Source: Octopus bimaculoides (lineage: Eukaryota). From it: 64,000 nt of DNA. A program made the translations under genes and the position numbers. The first letter of the stretch is position 1. Every line of letters begins with the position of its first letter. The notes beneath the pieces were generated by a model. It had not been told where the DNA came from, did no database searches, and saw only the letters and a program-made list of their open reading frames with translations. The stretch is taken from contig NC_068988.1 of assembly GCF_001194135.2 (NCBI RefSeq), positions 1,520,954 through 1,584,953 of the forward strand, in the 5' to 3' direction. Shown piece by piece: positions 24,710 through 37,192 of this stretch.

Positions 24710-24941
24710 TTATTTCTTTACTACCCACAAGGGGCTACACACAGAGGGGACAAACAAGGACAGACAAACGGATTAAGTCAATTATACCAACCCCAGTGCA
24801 TAACTGGTACTTATTTAATCAACCCCAAAAGGATGAAAGGCAAAGTTGACCTCGGTGGAATTTGAACTCAGAACGTAGCGGCAGACGAAATACCACTAAG
24901 CATTTCGCCCGGCGTGCTAACGTTTCTGCCAGCTCGCTGCC
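24710..24941 (-). mobile_element. Young SINE-A variant with an alternative, longer 3' end
   Basis: CpG-intact head and body; the minus-strand 3' end reads ccttgtttgtccccctctgtgtgtagccccttgtgggtagtaaagaaataa. Confidence 0.85.
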
Positions 24942-25353
24942 CTATATATATAAGTGTGTGTGTGTATACATTACCTATACTTGTTTATGTGTGAATAATT
25001 GTGCTATATACTCACTCGTTCATACTTACACACGCCCATTACTAGTTCCAGTCTGTAGATTGTGGCCATGCTGGGACACTGCTGTGCTTGTGCATGTGTG
25101 CGTCATATTTATTGGTTTAAATTTTTTAATTGATTTTTGTACAAAGGTAATTTGCTAAACAATAGTGTCATGCGTTTCAGTTGGTGTGTGTGTGTGTGTG
25201 TATGTATGCGTATACTTATACATACATCCACATACACACATCCACACACACACACATGTGAAGACACATGGCTGAGTGGTTTGAGTGTTGTACTCACGAT
25301 TGCTAGAACGTAGGTTCGATTCTTAGTTTGAACGGAATGTTTAGATAAGGGTA

Positions 25354-25394
<41 letters not shown>

Positions 25395-25398
<4 letters not shown>

Positions 25399-25975
25399 GT
25401 CTTGTTGATAAATTGAGACAGTTATAAATACTAAATAATGGTAGTAGACAGATATAATTTTAATGTAACGTTTATTATAACCAAAACATTTATCACTCAA
25501 TATGGTCGCCCTTTTGTGCAATTACTGCTTCCAAATGAGAACNNNNNNNNNNNNNNNNNNNNNNNNNNNNNNNNNNNNNNNNNNNNNNNNNNNNNNNNNN
25601 NNNNNNNNNNNNNNNNNNNNNNNNNNNNNNNNNNNNNNNNNNNNNNNNNNNNNNNNNNNNNNNNNNNNNNNNNNNNNNNNNNNNNNNNNNNNNNNNNNNN
25701 NNNNNNNNNNNNNNNNNNNNNNNNNNNNNNNNNNNNNNNNNNNNNNNNNNNNNNNNNNNNNNNNNNNNNNNNNNNNNNNNNNNNNNNNNNNNNNNNNNNN
25801 NNNNNNNNNNNNNNNNNNNNNNNNNNNNNNNNNNNNNNNNNNNNNNNNNNNNNNNNNNNNNNNNCAGGTCTTGAAGCTGTTGATACTTGAGTGTGGTCCT
25901 TGCTTGAAGTATGCCCCATAAAAAAGTAATTGAGAAGGTTGAGATCTGGGTTGGGCCAGATGTTGACCCTCACAA
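25395..25975 (-). mobile_element. Tc1/mariner (IS630-superfamily) transposase C-terminal remnant with right TIR
   Basis: NIWPNPDLNLLNYF resembles WPP.SPDLNPLDY; across the gap RSHLEAVIAQKGDHIE* resembles RLEAVIAAKGGHIE*; terminus cagggtcttgttgataaattgagac at 25395. Confidence 0.8.
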
Positions 25976-26004
25976 AAAATAAATAAATAAAGAAGAAGAA
26001 ATTT

Positions 26005-26300
26005 CTGGCATTCTGTCCGTTCTGAGGATTGCAGTTGACCTGACCTGAAGAACAGCCTGCTCATGAAATTAATGTGCAAGTGGCTGAGTACTCCACAGAC
26101 ACGCATACCCTTAATATAGTTCTCGGGGAGATTCAGCATAACACACAATTACAGGTAACGACACATTTTTGTTGGTTGAGTGGAGTGGAACAACATGAAA
26201 GGAAGTACCTTGCTCAAGGACGCAATGAGCTGCTGAGAATTGAACTTAAGACCTTACAATTGTGAGCTGAATACCCCGAGCCACTAGACAGTGTGCCTTA
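26005..26300 (-). mobile_element. SINE-D (third tRNA-derived family), abutting the mariner remnant
   Basis: Minus strand: tRNA-like head, ccttgagcaag, gagtactcagccacttgcacattaatttcatgagcaggctgtt; other pieces at 21480-21570 (+) and 47340-47460 (-, head). Confidence 0.7.
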
Positions 26301-26709
26301 ACTCCATGCAGAAATATCACCTTATGCAATAACAAGTGAAGACTGGCAACAAGAACAGCTACCATAGAAAACCTGCCTCAATAAAAACTCTTCCGACCCA
26401 TGCAAGCATGGAAAAGTGGACATCAAAATAAGGATGATGATGATGACAATGATAATGATGATGATGATGCTTGCTATAGTTGGGAATACTTGAAAGTGTT
26501 AAATAACTTAATTAAACACTGTTTATTATTGAAGTAAAAATAAGACATTGTTTTTGGCGGATGACATTTTAATTAATCATATTAACCTGTCAAATTGATG
26601 TTTTCGTCTTTTTTAGCTATTTTCCAATATAGAGTGTCATACGTTAACACTTTATCTGCTCTTAGCCTGAGTTTAGAACAGACAGCAGGATTACTAAGAT
26701 AGTTATACC

Positions 26710-26745
<36 letters not shown>

Positions 26746-27317
26746 NNNNNNNNNNNNNNNNNNNNNNNNNNNNNNNNNNNNNNNNNNNNNNNNNNNNNNN
26801 NNNNNNNNNNNNNNNNNNNNNNNNNNNNNNNNNNNNNNNNNNNNNNNNNNNNNNNNNNNNNNNNNNNNNNNNNNNNNNNNNNNNNNNNNNNNNNNNNNNN
26901 NNNNNNNNNNNNNNNNNNNNNNNNNNNNNNNNNNNNNNNNNNNNNNNNNNNNNNNNNNNNNNNNNNNNNNNNNNNNNNNNNNNNNNNNNNNNNNNNNNNN
27001 NNNNNNNNNNNNNNNNNNNNNNNNNNNNNNNNNNNNNNNNNNNNNNNNNNNNNNNNNNNNNNNNNNNNNNNNNNNNNNNNNNNNNNNNNNNNNNNNNNNN
27101 NNNNNNNNNNNNNNNNNNNNNNNNNNNNNNNNNNNNNNNNNNNNNNNNNNNNNNNNNNNNNNNNNNNNNNNNNNNNNNNNNNNNNNNNNNNNNNNNNNNN
27201 NNNNNNNNNNNNNNNNNNNNNNNNNNNNNNNNNNNATATGCCAAGCTTAATTGCATTTACCTCCATATCAGCCCACCTTGGATTTCTCTTATAGCCATTC
27301 TTGACACCTTGGACCTA

Positions 27318-27573
27318 GGAGTAAAGATTGTTTGCCAACATGACATGGCAGTCCTGGTTTAGGACGAATGTTACTGTAATTTAGCCCCAGGAGACATCGT
27401 CTCCAGCTGGCTATATGACATGATCTATGTCCTTATATTTTTGAACAAGGAAAAATATAAGGACACATCATGTCATATAGCCAGCTGGAGACAATGTCCC
27501 CTTGGGCTAAATTACAGCAACATTCGTCCTAAACCAGGACTTCCATGTTATGTTGGCAAACAATCTTTACTCC
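27318..27573. repeat. Fold-back palindrome, ~124-bp arms and 8-nt loop
   Basis: Arms 27318-27442 and 27451-27573 differ by six substitutions and one small indel region. Confidence 0.9.
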
Positions 27574-28089
27574 AAAGTACTGTTGCCGAATACCTCTCGT
27601 GAGATTTAACAATAGTCATTTTTTTCTATCCTTGGACCTAGTCCTAGATGGAGAATTCAGGGTTTAAATTCAAATTCATTTGAGCGCTACTACGTGTTTC
27701 CTATACTGAGTACATTATGCTCTCACCAAGTGTGCGACAGATTATCATATTCTGTCTTCCTGATCAAAACAGTAATATATCTACCAAATGTAGTGCCAAA
27801 TGGAACCATCTGTAATTAAGAATTCTAAGAAGACATATTTCCCATCACACTTTGATGTCACATAAAAACTTATACCCATAATAATTTTTCCAAATTCTAG
27901 CCATTAATGGACTCATATATTTCTTCTGAACATGATTTTTATTCAGCTGTTATTATCAGTTCAGCACAGGAGTTATTTTAAGTCACGAAAGAATTTTTTC
28001 TTTTTCTTTTTTTTTTGATATGAAGAAATAATTCAATTCTGAAAGAGCTAATTGATAAACTAAATTGCCCTTAAAATAAATATATTGAA

Positions 28090-28441
28090 ACCACCATTAT
28101 TATTATTATTATTATTATTCAGTAGTTTTATTTTTATAACGTGCTTTCACTTCACTACCGAGCGCAGCTCTGTGCGCCTTGGGTATGTGCTGTGGTTTGC
28201 TGTGGTGCTCTTATGTTTACTGTATTGAAAGTGTTTTGCGTAGAATGTGTGCAGTACCCAGTAGTGCAATTTTCTGTATGTTATATATATTTGTAAGTCC
28301 TGGGGTTTTTGTTATGTATTTGTCTGAATATTTTTTTATTATACCTAAGGCACCTACTATGATAGGAATTGTTTCTGTTTTTAGATTCCACATTCGAGTT
28401 ATCTCTATTTCCAGGTCTTTGTATTTTGAAAGTTTTTCCAA
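28090..28441 (-). mobile_element. 3' end of an RLE-type (R4/Dong or HERO-like) non-LTR retrotransposon with (AAT)n tail
   Basis: Uninterrupted ORF 28217-28441 EKLSKYKDLEIEITRMWNLKTETIPIIVGALG...IQKIALLGTAHILRKTLS, the typical C-terminus after the restriction-like endonuclease; about 100 nt UTR then (AAT)n. Confidence 0.85.
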
Positions 28442-28845
28442 GGCGTTCAGTTGGCAGAATTGTTAGCACACCAGGCATGATGCTTAGCAGTATTTTGTCT
28501 GCCGCAACGTTCTGAGTTCAAATTCCACCAAGGTCAACTTCACCTTTCATCCTTTCATGGTCAATGAATTAAGTACCAGTCAAGTACTGGGGTCGATGTG
28601 ATTAACTATCCCCCCTCCCCACAAAATCCAGGTCTTGTGCCTATAGTAGAAAGGATTATTATTCTTTTCTACTCTCGGCACAAGATACATTAGGAATGAG
28701 AACCCAGGATTGGGTTCAAAATTCTTCCAGGACACTTGATGAAGGCTGGAGAGTAAACCAGCTGAAATGTGGTAACAGCAAACAAGATATCCACCCAATG
28801 TAAATAATGTACAGAATTCCTCATCTCTAAAATATAGGATAATGG

Positions 28846-28905
<60 letters not shown>

Positions 28906-29130
28906 TAATATAGTTGTTGTTGTTAAGGCAATGAATCTGTAAAATTGTTAAAAGGTCAGACAAAATATTTAGCAGCATTTCTTCTGGGGTCAACTCTTTG
29001 CCTTTTGTCTTTTCAAGGGTTGATAAAATAAGTACCAGTTAGATACTGAGGTTGATGTAATCAATTAGTCCCTCCCTTACCTCAAAACAGTTGGCCTTGT
29101 TCCAAGATTAGAAAGAATTCTTGTTGTTAA
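28442..29130 (+). mobile_element. Two SINE-A copies (28442-28662 and about 28925-29130) around a long (ATT)n
   Basis: Head ttggcagaattgttagcac, B box gagttcaaattcc, common body and tail. Confidence 0.75.
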
Positions 29131-29394
29131 GTACTAATTGATAAAAGTACCTCTACCTAACCCCAAAATCTGTGGCTGTCTACTTGGTTAGAAATCAATA
29201 TTATTTTAAACATTATTCAAATAAAGAAATTAAAATTAAAAGCCATAAAAACCATCATCATCATCATCACCATCATCATAATCATCATCATCACCATCAT
29301 CATAATCATCATCATCATCCCTTTCTAAATCATAATTAAATTCACATATTTTTATGTCTTTGTTTAATTTCTTTGTTAGAAATATTTTTTTTTC

Positions 29395-29594
29395 TTTCAC
29401 TTGTTTCAGTCATTAGACTGTGGCCATGCTGGGGCATCACCTTGAAGAATTTTTAGTTATATAAATTGCCCCCAGTACTTAGTCTATTGGTCTGGTACTT
29501 TTTCTATCAGTCACTTTTGCCAAACTGCTACGTTACAGGTATGTAGACACACCAAAACCAGTTGTGAAATGGCAGGTTGGGAACACACACAAAC

Positions 29595-29657
<63 letters not shown>

Positions 29658-29792
29658 AACACATGATGGGTTTTTCACAGTTTCCATCTACCAAATCCAC
29701 TGAACCAGAGGCTATAATAGAAAAGGTGTCGTGCAGTGGGGCTGAACCCAGAACCATGTGGTTGGGAAGCAAGCTTCTTACCACACAGCCAA
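29395..29792 (-). mobile_element. Full-length SINE-B
   Basis: ttcacttgtttcagtcattagactgtggccatgctgg ... gcttcttaccacacagcc. Confidence 0.85.
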
Positions 29793-30419
29793 ATCACAAA
29801 AAACAAGCAGCCTCTTTATTCACTCAAGCTGCCAGAAAGGGTTTGATAAAAAACCCTGATTGTGAGTCATCATCATCATAATATATTTGAACTGTATTTG
29901 ACCCCAGATTATTTCTGGGTGCTTCTCATTTCCCTTACATTTGTCCAAATTGTATTTTTGTGGGAATGAATAATTATTCTTTCCGCCCAAATGCATTCGT
30001 ATTTCATTTTCTCGCATAAAGTGACTTCAGTTGTTTGTGACTGTGTGGTTAGAAAATTGTCTCCCAACCACATGGTTCTAGGTTCAGTCCCACTGCATGG
30101 CATCTTGGGCAAGTGTCTTCTACTTTACCCTCAGGAAAGACTAGATGAGGAGCAGGGAGGAGATTTCAGTGGGATGATTTACAGAGGAGGAAGGGTTAGC
30201 TAGAGTGGTTGTGGTGGTAGGGTTTAGAGGGTTGAATGATGTATATGTGTGTGTGTATGTATAATCTTTTAAATTCGTTTATGGAAATGTTAGGGGTATA
30301 CAAATGAAGCTCCCTTTTCCTTATGCCATCTACCATCTAATAATACTGACTAGGGAGTCAGTTATTCAGGGTTACCATATCAATATAATGTGGAATAAAT
30401 ATAATATTATTATTATTAT

Positions 30420-30464
<45 letters not shown>

Positions 30465-32871
30465 ATGTATGTATGTATGTATGTATGCATGTACATACAT
30501 ATGATGTACACATGTGGATGTGGAAATATCTTTAGGAATATCAGGTGTTGTGAAGAAAGGTAAAAACTTGTAAAGAATCTTTCTGGTGTCAAACACTTTG
30601 TGTCCAAAATCTATGCCAGTGATTATGCAGTGAGTGACTGATTGTTGCTGTAGTTGGACAATAAAGGTGAGTGACCTCAAATATTTCACAGACTCTGATA
30701 TACTTTATAGATTCTTTAGCAATGAAAGACATAAAAAAAAAAACCTCTGCATTTGCTTGTCTCTACGTTTCTATAGCAAAGATAATGAAAGAAATAAATT
30801 AGAATTTATGACGAAAATACAAAGCTGTAATTCTGTTGTTGTTTAGCATAGATTTTGTTTTTTGGTTTCCACTTGTCTGGAAATTAGATAAAATATTTAC
30901 ATCTCTGGGCAGTTGTTCGCAAAAGACGGTTGTAAATAACATTATTACTTATTCTATAGCAAAAATAATAAGCTAGCTTTTGTCTTCATACTAGTTTGAT
31001 GGATGGGTTTTGAAGGCTTGCAGGTATCACTTACAACAGTAGGTGGTGTCTACCAGAAGCTCAGTGGACTGGGCCATTCAGATTTAAGTTCCTGAACCAA
31101 ATAACCTTTGTGGCAGGTGTCAATGCTTCATGTATCCTGTTAGTTGGCATCTAGAACCATAACTATTCACAAAGAAGTGTATTGGTAGAAGACATTCTAC
31201 TGTTGTTAGGTGTCATCATCACAATTTCCAGTCTTCTCTTTTGATTTAATTTTCTTTTGATGGTGGAACTTGAAGTAGATAGAGCTATAAATTGCATGTA
31301 GAATTTCGGGATGAAAAAAATCTCTTGGATTAAAGAAACGTTGAAGACTACCTACAGGACTGAAATGTATATTTTTTGTAAAACTGACAAAGAATCATAT
31401 CATACACATCAGCATCATCATTTAACGTCCGTTGTCCATGCTGATGTGGGTTGGACATTTTGACTGGGCTGCACCAGACTCCAGTCTGACTTGGCATGGT
31501 CTTCTACAGCTGAATGCCTTTCCTAACGCCAACCACTCCGAGCGTGTAATGGGTGCTTTTACGTGACCTGTAAATATATAAAAGGCTTCTGACCTGTGCT
31601 AGGCATGGAAGACAGATGTCGAATGACAATGATGATGATGTTTGTTTAAGTTCCTGCCTCCCAAATTCACTCACAAGGCTTTCGTCAGTCCGGAGCTATG
31701 GTAGAAGACACTGAGAATGAACCCCAAAACCAGGTGTTGGAGAAGCAAGCTTCTGAACCAGACAGCTTTGTCTGTGTATATCTATCTATGGAACTCTCTC
31801 AAGTGTATATATACACCACCCTCCTGTTTGAGGTCCATGACAGCTATTTCATGTACGTCAAATCCATCCATCTCAAACGTTAGCAGACACTATATTATAA
31901 CACAATACCACAATCAATGTTGTTAGGATTAATTCAAACAATAGGGTTGGCTAATCTGGTTAGACATTTCTGATGATAATCTTTTCTGTGACTAAGCTAT
32001 TAATAATCCCAAATAATCCCTAAATATATTTAGGGAACCTTGATTAACTGATAACAAAATAAATGTTCTTAGCTTTAAAACATTTTTCTTTTTTTTTTTT
32101 TCCGAGTTTCACACAGTATTCTTTGCCTATGAAGTTGTGGTTGTCAACCAGGGTCCATGGAAGCAAAATAGCAAACTGAAGACCCACAGTTGTTTAAGAA
32201 TCCATGAAGATGTTTTGCTCTGCTTTTATGTTTTGCAAGAAATGGCGAAATTTCTTTCTCTAACATTTTACATAGTTCAACCTGAACAAGTGAAAGTGTG
32301 AAAAGCTAAATAAGAATTTCGAAAGAAGTTTCTATAAAACTCATTTAAAAACATCGAATGGTTGTTGGGGTCCACAGATATATACTTGTATAAAGGAAGA
32401 ACAATTTTCTTTTTTTTTTTTTTGAAATTTTATTTTAATCAAGATCTTTTTATTTATTCTTAAGAGAATGTCTTTTATAACTGCATTTGTGCTTTCAAAT
32501 GTCACCATTATTTTTCTTCTTCTCATTAACTGTTGGCCATTTTTTTTTCTCTTTTGTTTTTCAGTTTCCTTTTGTTAACCTTGCTTTTCGGTTTTCCACC
32601 TTTTTACTTAATTTTCTCTCTGGTATATTTTTGCTCCTCATTCTTAATTAAACGCAATCTCTTCCTTCCTCCAACCATTTCTATTGCACAAGAACCCATG
32701 CACTCACTGCATTCTTCAATGTGCAGCTTTTCTCACATTTCTCTCTCTCTCTCCCTCTCTCTCCCATGAACATTCTGATAGTCTCCTTGCCAACTCTAAA
32801 CAGCCCCAAGTGTCCCCCTTAACCCTTTCCTTTTTATATTCCTGTTGCAATCTTTTTTTTTTCCTCTTTAT

Positions 32872-33215
32872 TTTTCACTTGTTTCAGTTATTAGACTGTG
32901 GCCATACTGGGGCACCACCTTGAAGAATTTTGAAGAAAGTTGAATGAATTGACCCCTGTACTTATTTCTGTTTTAAGCTTGATACTTATTTTATTAGTCT
33001 CTTTTGCTAAGCTGCTAAGTACAGGGATGTAAACATGCCAACACCGGTTGTCAAGCAGTGGTAGAGGACAAACACAGACACGCACACACGCACACACACA
33101 CACACACGACAGGCTTCTTTCAGTTTCCGTCTACCAAATCCACTCACAAGGCTTTGGTCGGCCTGAGGTTGTAGTAGAAGACATTTGCCCAAGGTGACAA
33201 ACAGTGGCACTGAAC
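32872..33215 (-). mobile_element. SINE-B lacking its head
   Basis: Same tail and body as 29395-29792. Confidence 0.8.
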
Positions 33216-33224
33216 AACCTTTCT

Positions 33225-33500
33225 TTCAATTAATTTTGAAAATAATAATTTATTACTTGTCATTATTAATAAACTGGGGTTTGGGACATAAATTAAGATA
33301 AAATTTTGATAGAATTGTTTAATTAAGATCACTTTAACCCTTTTGTTACCATATTTCTGCTGAAAAATACTGTTTCGTTTCAATTAATTTAGAAAAATAA
33401 CGAAGACTTTAGTAAAATGAAATTGCCTTAATTAAAATGGTATTTCGGACATAAATTAACATAAATTAACGTGAGATGTTTTCATTTAGAGCATCTTAAA
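33225..33500 (+). mobile_element. Family F, partial head-to-tail dimer
   Basis: Junction gatcactttaacccttttgttacc near 33328-33350. Confidence 0.65.
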
Positions 33501-34639
33501 TGAAAAGGTTTATGAAAAGGTCTAAATCACTGTTAGATTCCTAACGAGTCTCTGATTCTCTTTCAAGTCAACATTACCTGTCGGCTTGATATTTACCTGT
33601 TAACCTATTCCTCTCTGTGATCTGACAATTTCTTCAGTGAAGAACCTTGTTTAAAATTATCACCAAAGCAGGTCTTCAACAAGTCCCTCTTTTTTGCCCT
33701 GCATCTTGTACTTCCTTTATTTCTAATCAACTTTTTCTTGGCCACATCAAACAAAATCGTTTCCTTTCCACTGGCCATCAGTAACGGTGGTGGCGGTGGT
33801 GGTGGTGCTGCTGCTGCTCTCATCATCTCTCAGTTTCTCCTCCTCTTCCTCCTCCTCTACCCACATTTCCTTTGTGTTCTTTGTTGTTCAATAACAGATC
33901 AATGAAACTGCTATTGATATTCAGATGATTTCTTTCAACACTGCATTGAAGGGTTTACAAGATAACATAATGGTACATTCATATATGTGTGTGTGTGTGT
34001 CCTTTTGTCTTTGCACTCACCTCACAGACTGATGTTGCGTAAATTCTAACACTTACACACACACACACACACACATACACACACACATTTAAAGCTTTGG
34101 TTAAAACAAACCCTTTGCATGCATTTGTGCATCTGGTGTAGAAGCAGATGCAAGCATGCAACTTAATATCAGCTGAGTTTGTGTGAGTATGCATGTATCT
34201 ATGTCAGCATGCATGTGTGTGTGTGTGTGTTCACAATATGTATAAACGCGTATGGAATTGAATGTGTTAAATAAGGTTTAATGTTTCATGGATTTCTTCT
34301 GATTCCGTTGATGTTTGACAAACACTCATTCTGTGTGTGCGTGCGTGTGTGTGTGTGTACGAGTGTGTGTGTGTGTACGAGTGTGTGTGTGTGTGTTTGA
34401 AATTTANNNNNNNNNNTGTACGAGTGTGTGTGTGTGTACGAGTGTGTGTGTGTGTGTTTGAAATTTAGTTCAAGAAAACTAAACCTGACCAAAGACAGGC
34501 TGTTGTAGTTTGATGTTGTTGTTGTTGTTGTTGTTCTAGTAGCTGTGACGATGTTGTGCTGTCACAGTGGTGTAGTGTAGAGGCAGGTAAGCAGCTGCCA
34601 CAGTTCTGGTGAGAGAGAGAGAGAGGGAGAGGGGGAGAG

Positions 34640-35330
34640 CTTGCTGCCGAAGTGATGGAGATGACAGTCGCAGGCCACAGCAAGATGAGCCGAATGAATC
34701 TGAGACAGCGGAAGTGAGGTGATGGTGGGGACGACGGGGACGACGACTACGGCGGCGATGGTGGAGAGGATGACGACCAGCAGTAAAGAGTGGTGGTGGT
34801 GGTGGTGGTGGGAGGGGAGGCTTACGTGAGAGAGGTGTAACTGATCATCTTAATGTGCAACCCCCCCCTCACCTTGGCGGCGGCGGCGCACTGGCTTATT
34901 TAACATAATCTTTTGTTTATATGACTTTTTTAAATTCGAGTTTCCCCTTCACCACCCTCTTTTCTCTTTCTCTCACTCACTCTCTCTCATCTTTCTATTC
35001 CTCCTTTCCATCGATCTTTCCTTTCCTCTCTCTCTCCTCTAACTGCTACTCTCCTATTCCTTCTCCGTTTTCCTTTTCATTAAGCTCTCTCTCTCTTCTC
35101 CTCCCTCCTCACCTTCTTCTTCTTCTTCTTCTTCTTCCTTTACCTGTCCTCACTTCTACCCAATTAATTACTCTTATTTTCGTCTTTATACCGTTATTAC
35201 CTTCATCCCGTATATTTATTTATTCCCACTCACCCTCCCTCTCTCTTTCATCCTTCCTTCCTTCCCTCCCTCACTCTATCTCTTTCTCCCTCTCTCTCTC
35301 TCTCTTCCTTCTGCCTCTCTGGCCATCAAC

Positions 35331-35400
<70 letters not shown>
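34640..35400. promoter_or_regulatory. Candidate promoter: CpG-rich patch followed by a long CT-rich tract
   Basis: About 17 CpG in 34640-34890 against a CpG-poor background, an ETS-like cggaagtg, ggcggcggcggcgc, then about 480 bp of polypyrimidine; not SINE sequence. Confidence 0.35.
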
Positions 35401-35419
35401 TCTGGCTTTTGTTTACAAG

Positions 35420-35496
35420 ATTTCTTCATTCCTGCATCTCTATGTTTACCGTTGTCTGCTCGCCTCTAACTTTGCCTCGGTGATATGTTTGCAAGG
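35420..35496 (+). other. Candidate plus-strand first or alternative exon ending at a strong donor
   Basis: gcaagg|gtaagtctc at 35496/35497; ends atg ttt gca agg (MFAR, phase 0). Confidence 0.3.
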
Positions 35497-35579
35497 GTAA
35501 GTCTCTCTTTCCGTCTCTCAATACAATGATACACAAATATGTTTATTTTCTTATCTTCTGTTCTCGTCTCTTTCTTTGC

Positions 35580-35624
<45 letters not shown>

Positions 35625-36144
35625 CGTTATTATTGTTATTACTAATTGCTTTCTTCTTTTTATCACTTCTCTGCTATTTATCGTCTCCTCCTCCTCTTGC
35701 CAATCATGTCCACTTAAGAACCGGTATCTCTTTGGTATCTCTTCGGCAAACAGATGCTTGTTTCTAGTTTAGAGGCGAACACTCTTCGGCATCTTTTGTG
35801 ATTTTATTTGCTTTGTTTGCTTGTTTGTTATTTGTTTTCTTTGCAACGAGAAGAATAGTGTTGTTTTGTGCCTTTGTCTTGGGGGGAGAGAGAGAGAATC
35901 GTTGGAACATGCGTCTCCACAAATATGGATAGGTAAATATTAAAGCGGTATACCTGCGCTAGAAAGAAAGGTAGATACATAGGTAGTTAGACAAATAGGT
36001 AGGAAGATGTACTTGGTAGATATAGGCAGATAGATAGATAGATAGATAGATAGATGGATAGGGTGTTTGTTAGAATAAATATAGGTAGTAGATAGGAAAA
36101 TGATGCAGTTGAACGTATAGATTGAAAGAGAGAGAGAGATAAAG

Positions 36145-36179
<35 letters not shown>

Positions 36180-36493
36180 TTCGTACATTCACAGATAGGA
36201 AAAAACACTGTGCACGAGGTATGTTTGCATTAATTGAAGAAAGTAAGATATAGGGAGATGTACATACAAATGCATGCATGCACAAATACTCCTTATTGGA
36301 GAAAAGGGGGGAAGATTGAAAGAGAGAGAGAGAGTTGAGGGAATTGGTGTGCGTTTTGTCTAAGTGAATGTATAATGAACAGATCACACGCCAATATGTA
36401 AGTATATATAATATATATACATCTAGCTTGTTAATTCCAGCGCTTGTCAGAATTAATCACACTATTTATATGTGAGTGTATGTCTATAATCTA

Positions 36494-36603
<110 letters not shown>

Positions 36604-36686
36604 CACATACATATATGTAGGGATGAAGAAAACTTATGTGTTGTATTACTTTCAAGCTAGCTGTTGTTCTCTTGTTGATGATGTTG

Positions 36687-36749
<63 letters not shown>

Positions 36750-37070
36750 GTATGTGAATGTATACATACATACCTATTTATCTGCCTGTCTAGTTACCAG
36801 TCTGTCTATCTGTCCATCTGTTTGGTGCATGTATTCTTGTCTTACATTTACAAAGCTAAAATCAAGCCATAAAACTTCTTTTTTTTTTAATTCCCTCCTT
36901 TGTCTTTCTCTTTTTCTTTTTCCTCTTCTGCCCTCCATCTGTCATTTACTTTCTCTCTGTCTGTCTGTCAATCTGTTTGTCTTTCTATCTCCTCATAATG
37001 CATAAAAATATAGACACATATATGTACACACAACACATATATACATGTTTGTGTGTGTATGTATATAAAT

Positions 37071-37102
<32 letters not shown>

Positions 37103-37159
37103 ATGTATGTGTGCAATGTGCAAATATATATCTATATGCATATAGTTCTTTGTTGGCAG

Positions 37160-37192
37160 AAGTTACAGCTTGACCGAAGGGCCAAAAGTTTG
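37160..37192 (+). other. Candidate 33-nt micro-exon (KLQLDRRAKSL in phase 0)
   Basis: ttctttgttggcag| and tttg|gtgagt; frame-preserving; no homology recognised. Confidence 0.3.

Noticed and set aside
24860-24941. tRNA-like sequences with A and B boxes (many places)
   Set aside because: Each continues into a SINE body and lacks a complete cloverleaf; not called tRNA genes.
33605-33826. Minus-strand ORF MMRAAAAPPPPPPPLLMASGKETILFDVAKKKL...
   Set aside because: Starts in trinucleotide repeats, stops before the nearby donors, no recognisable domain.
33898-33972. 75-nt plus-strand open exon-like segment (INETAIDIQMISFNTALKGLQDNIM)
   Set aside because: Weak gtacat donor and no similarity to dystrobrevin; insufficient support.
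34355-34468. Direct duplication of about 50 bp on both sides of a 10-N gap
   Set aside because: Typical unmerged contig overlap; assembly artefact.
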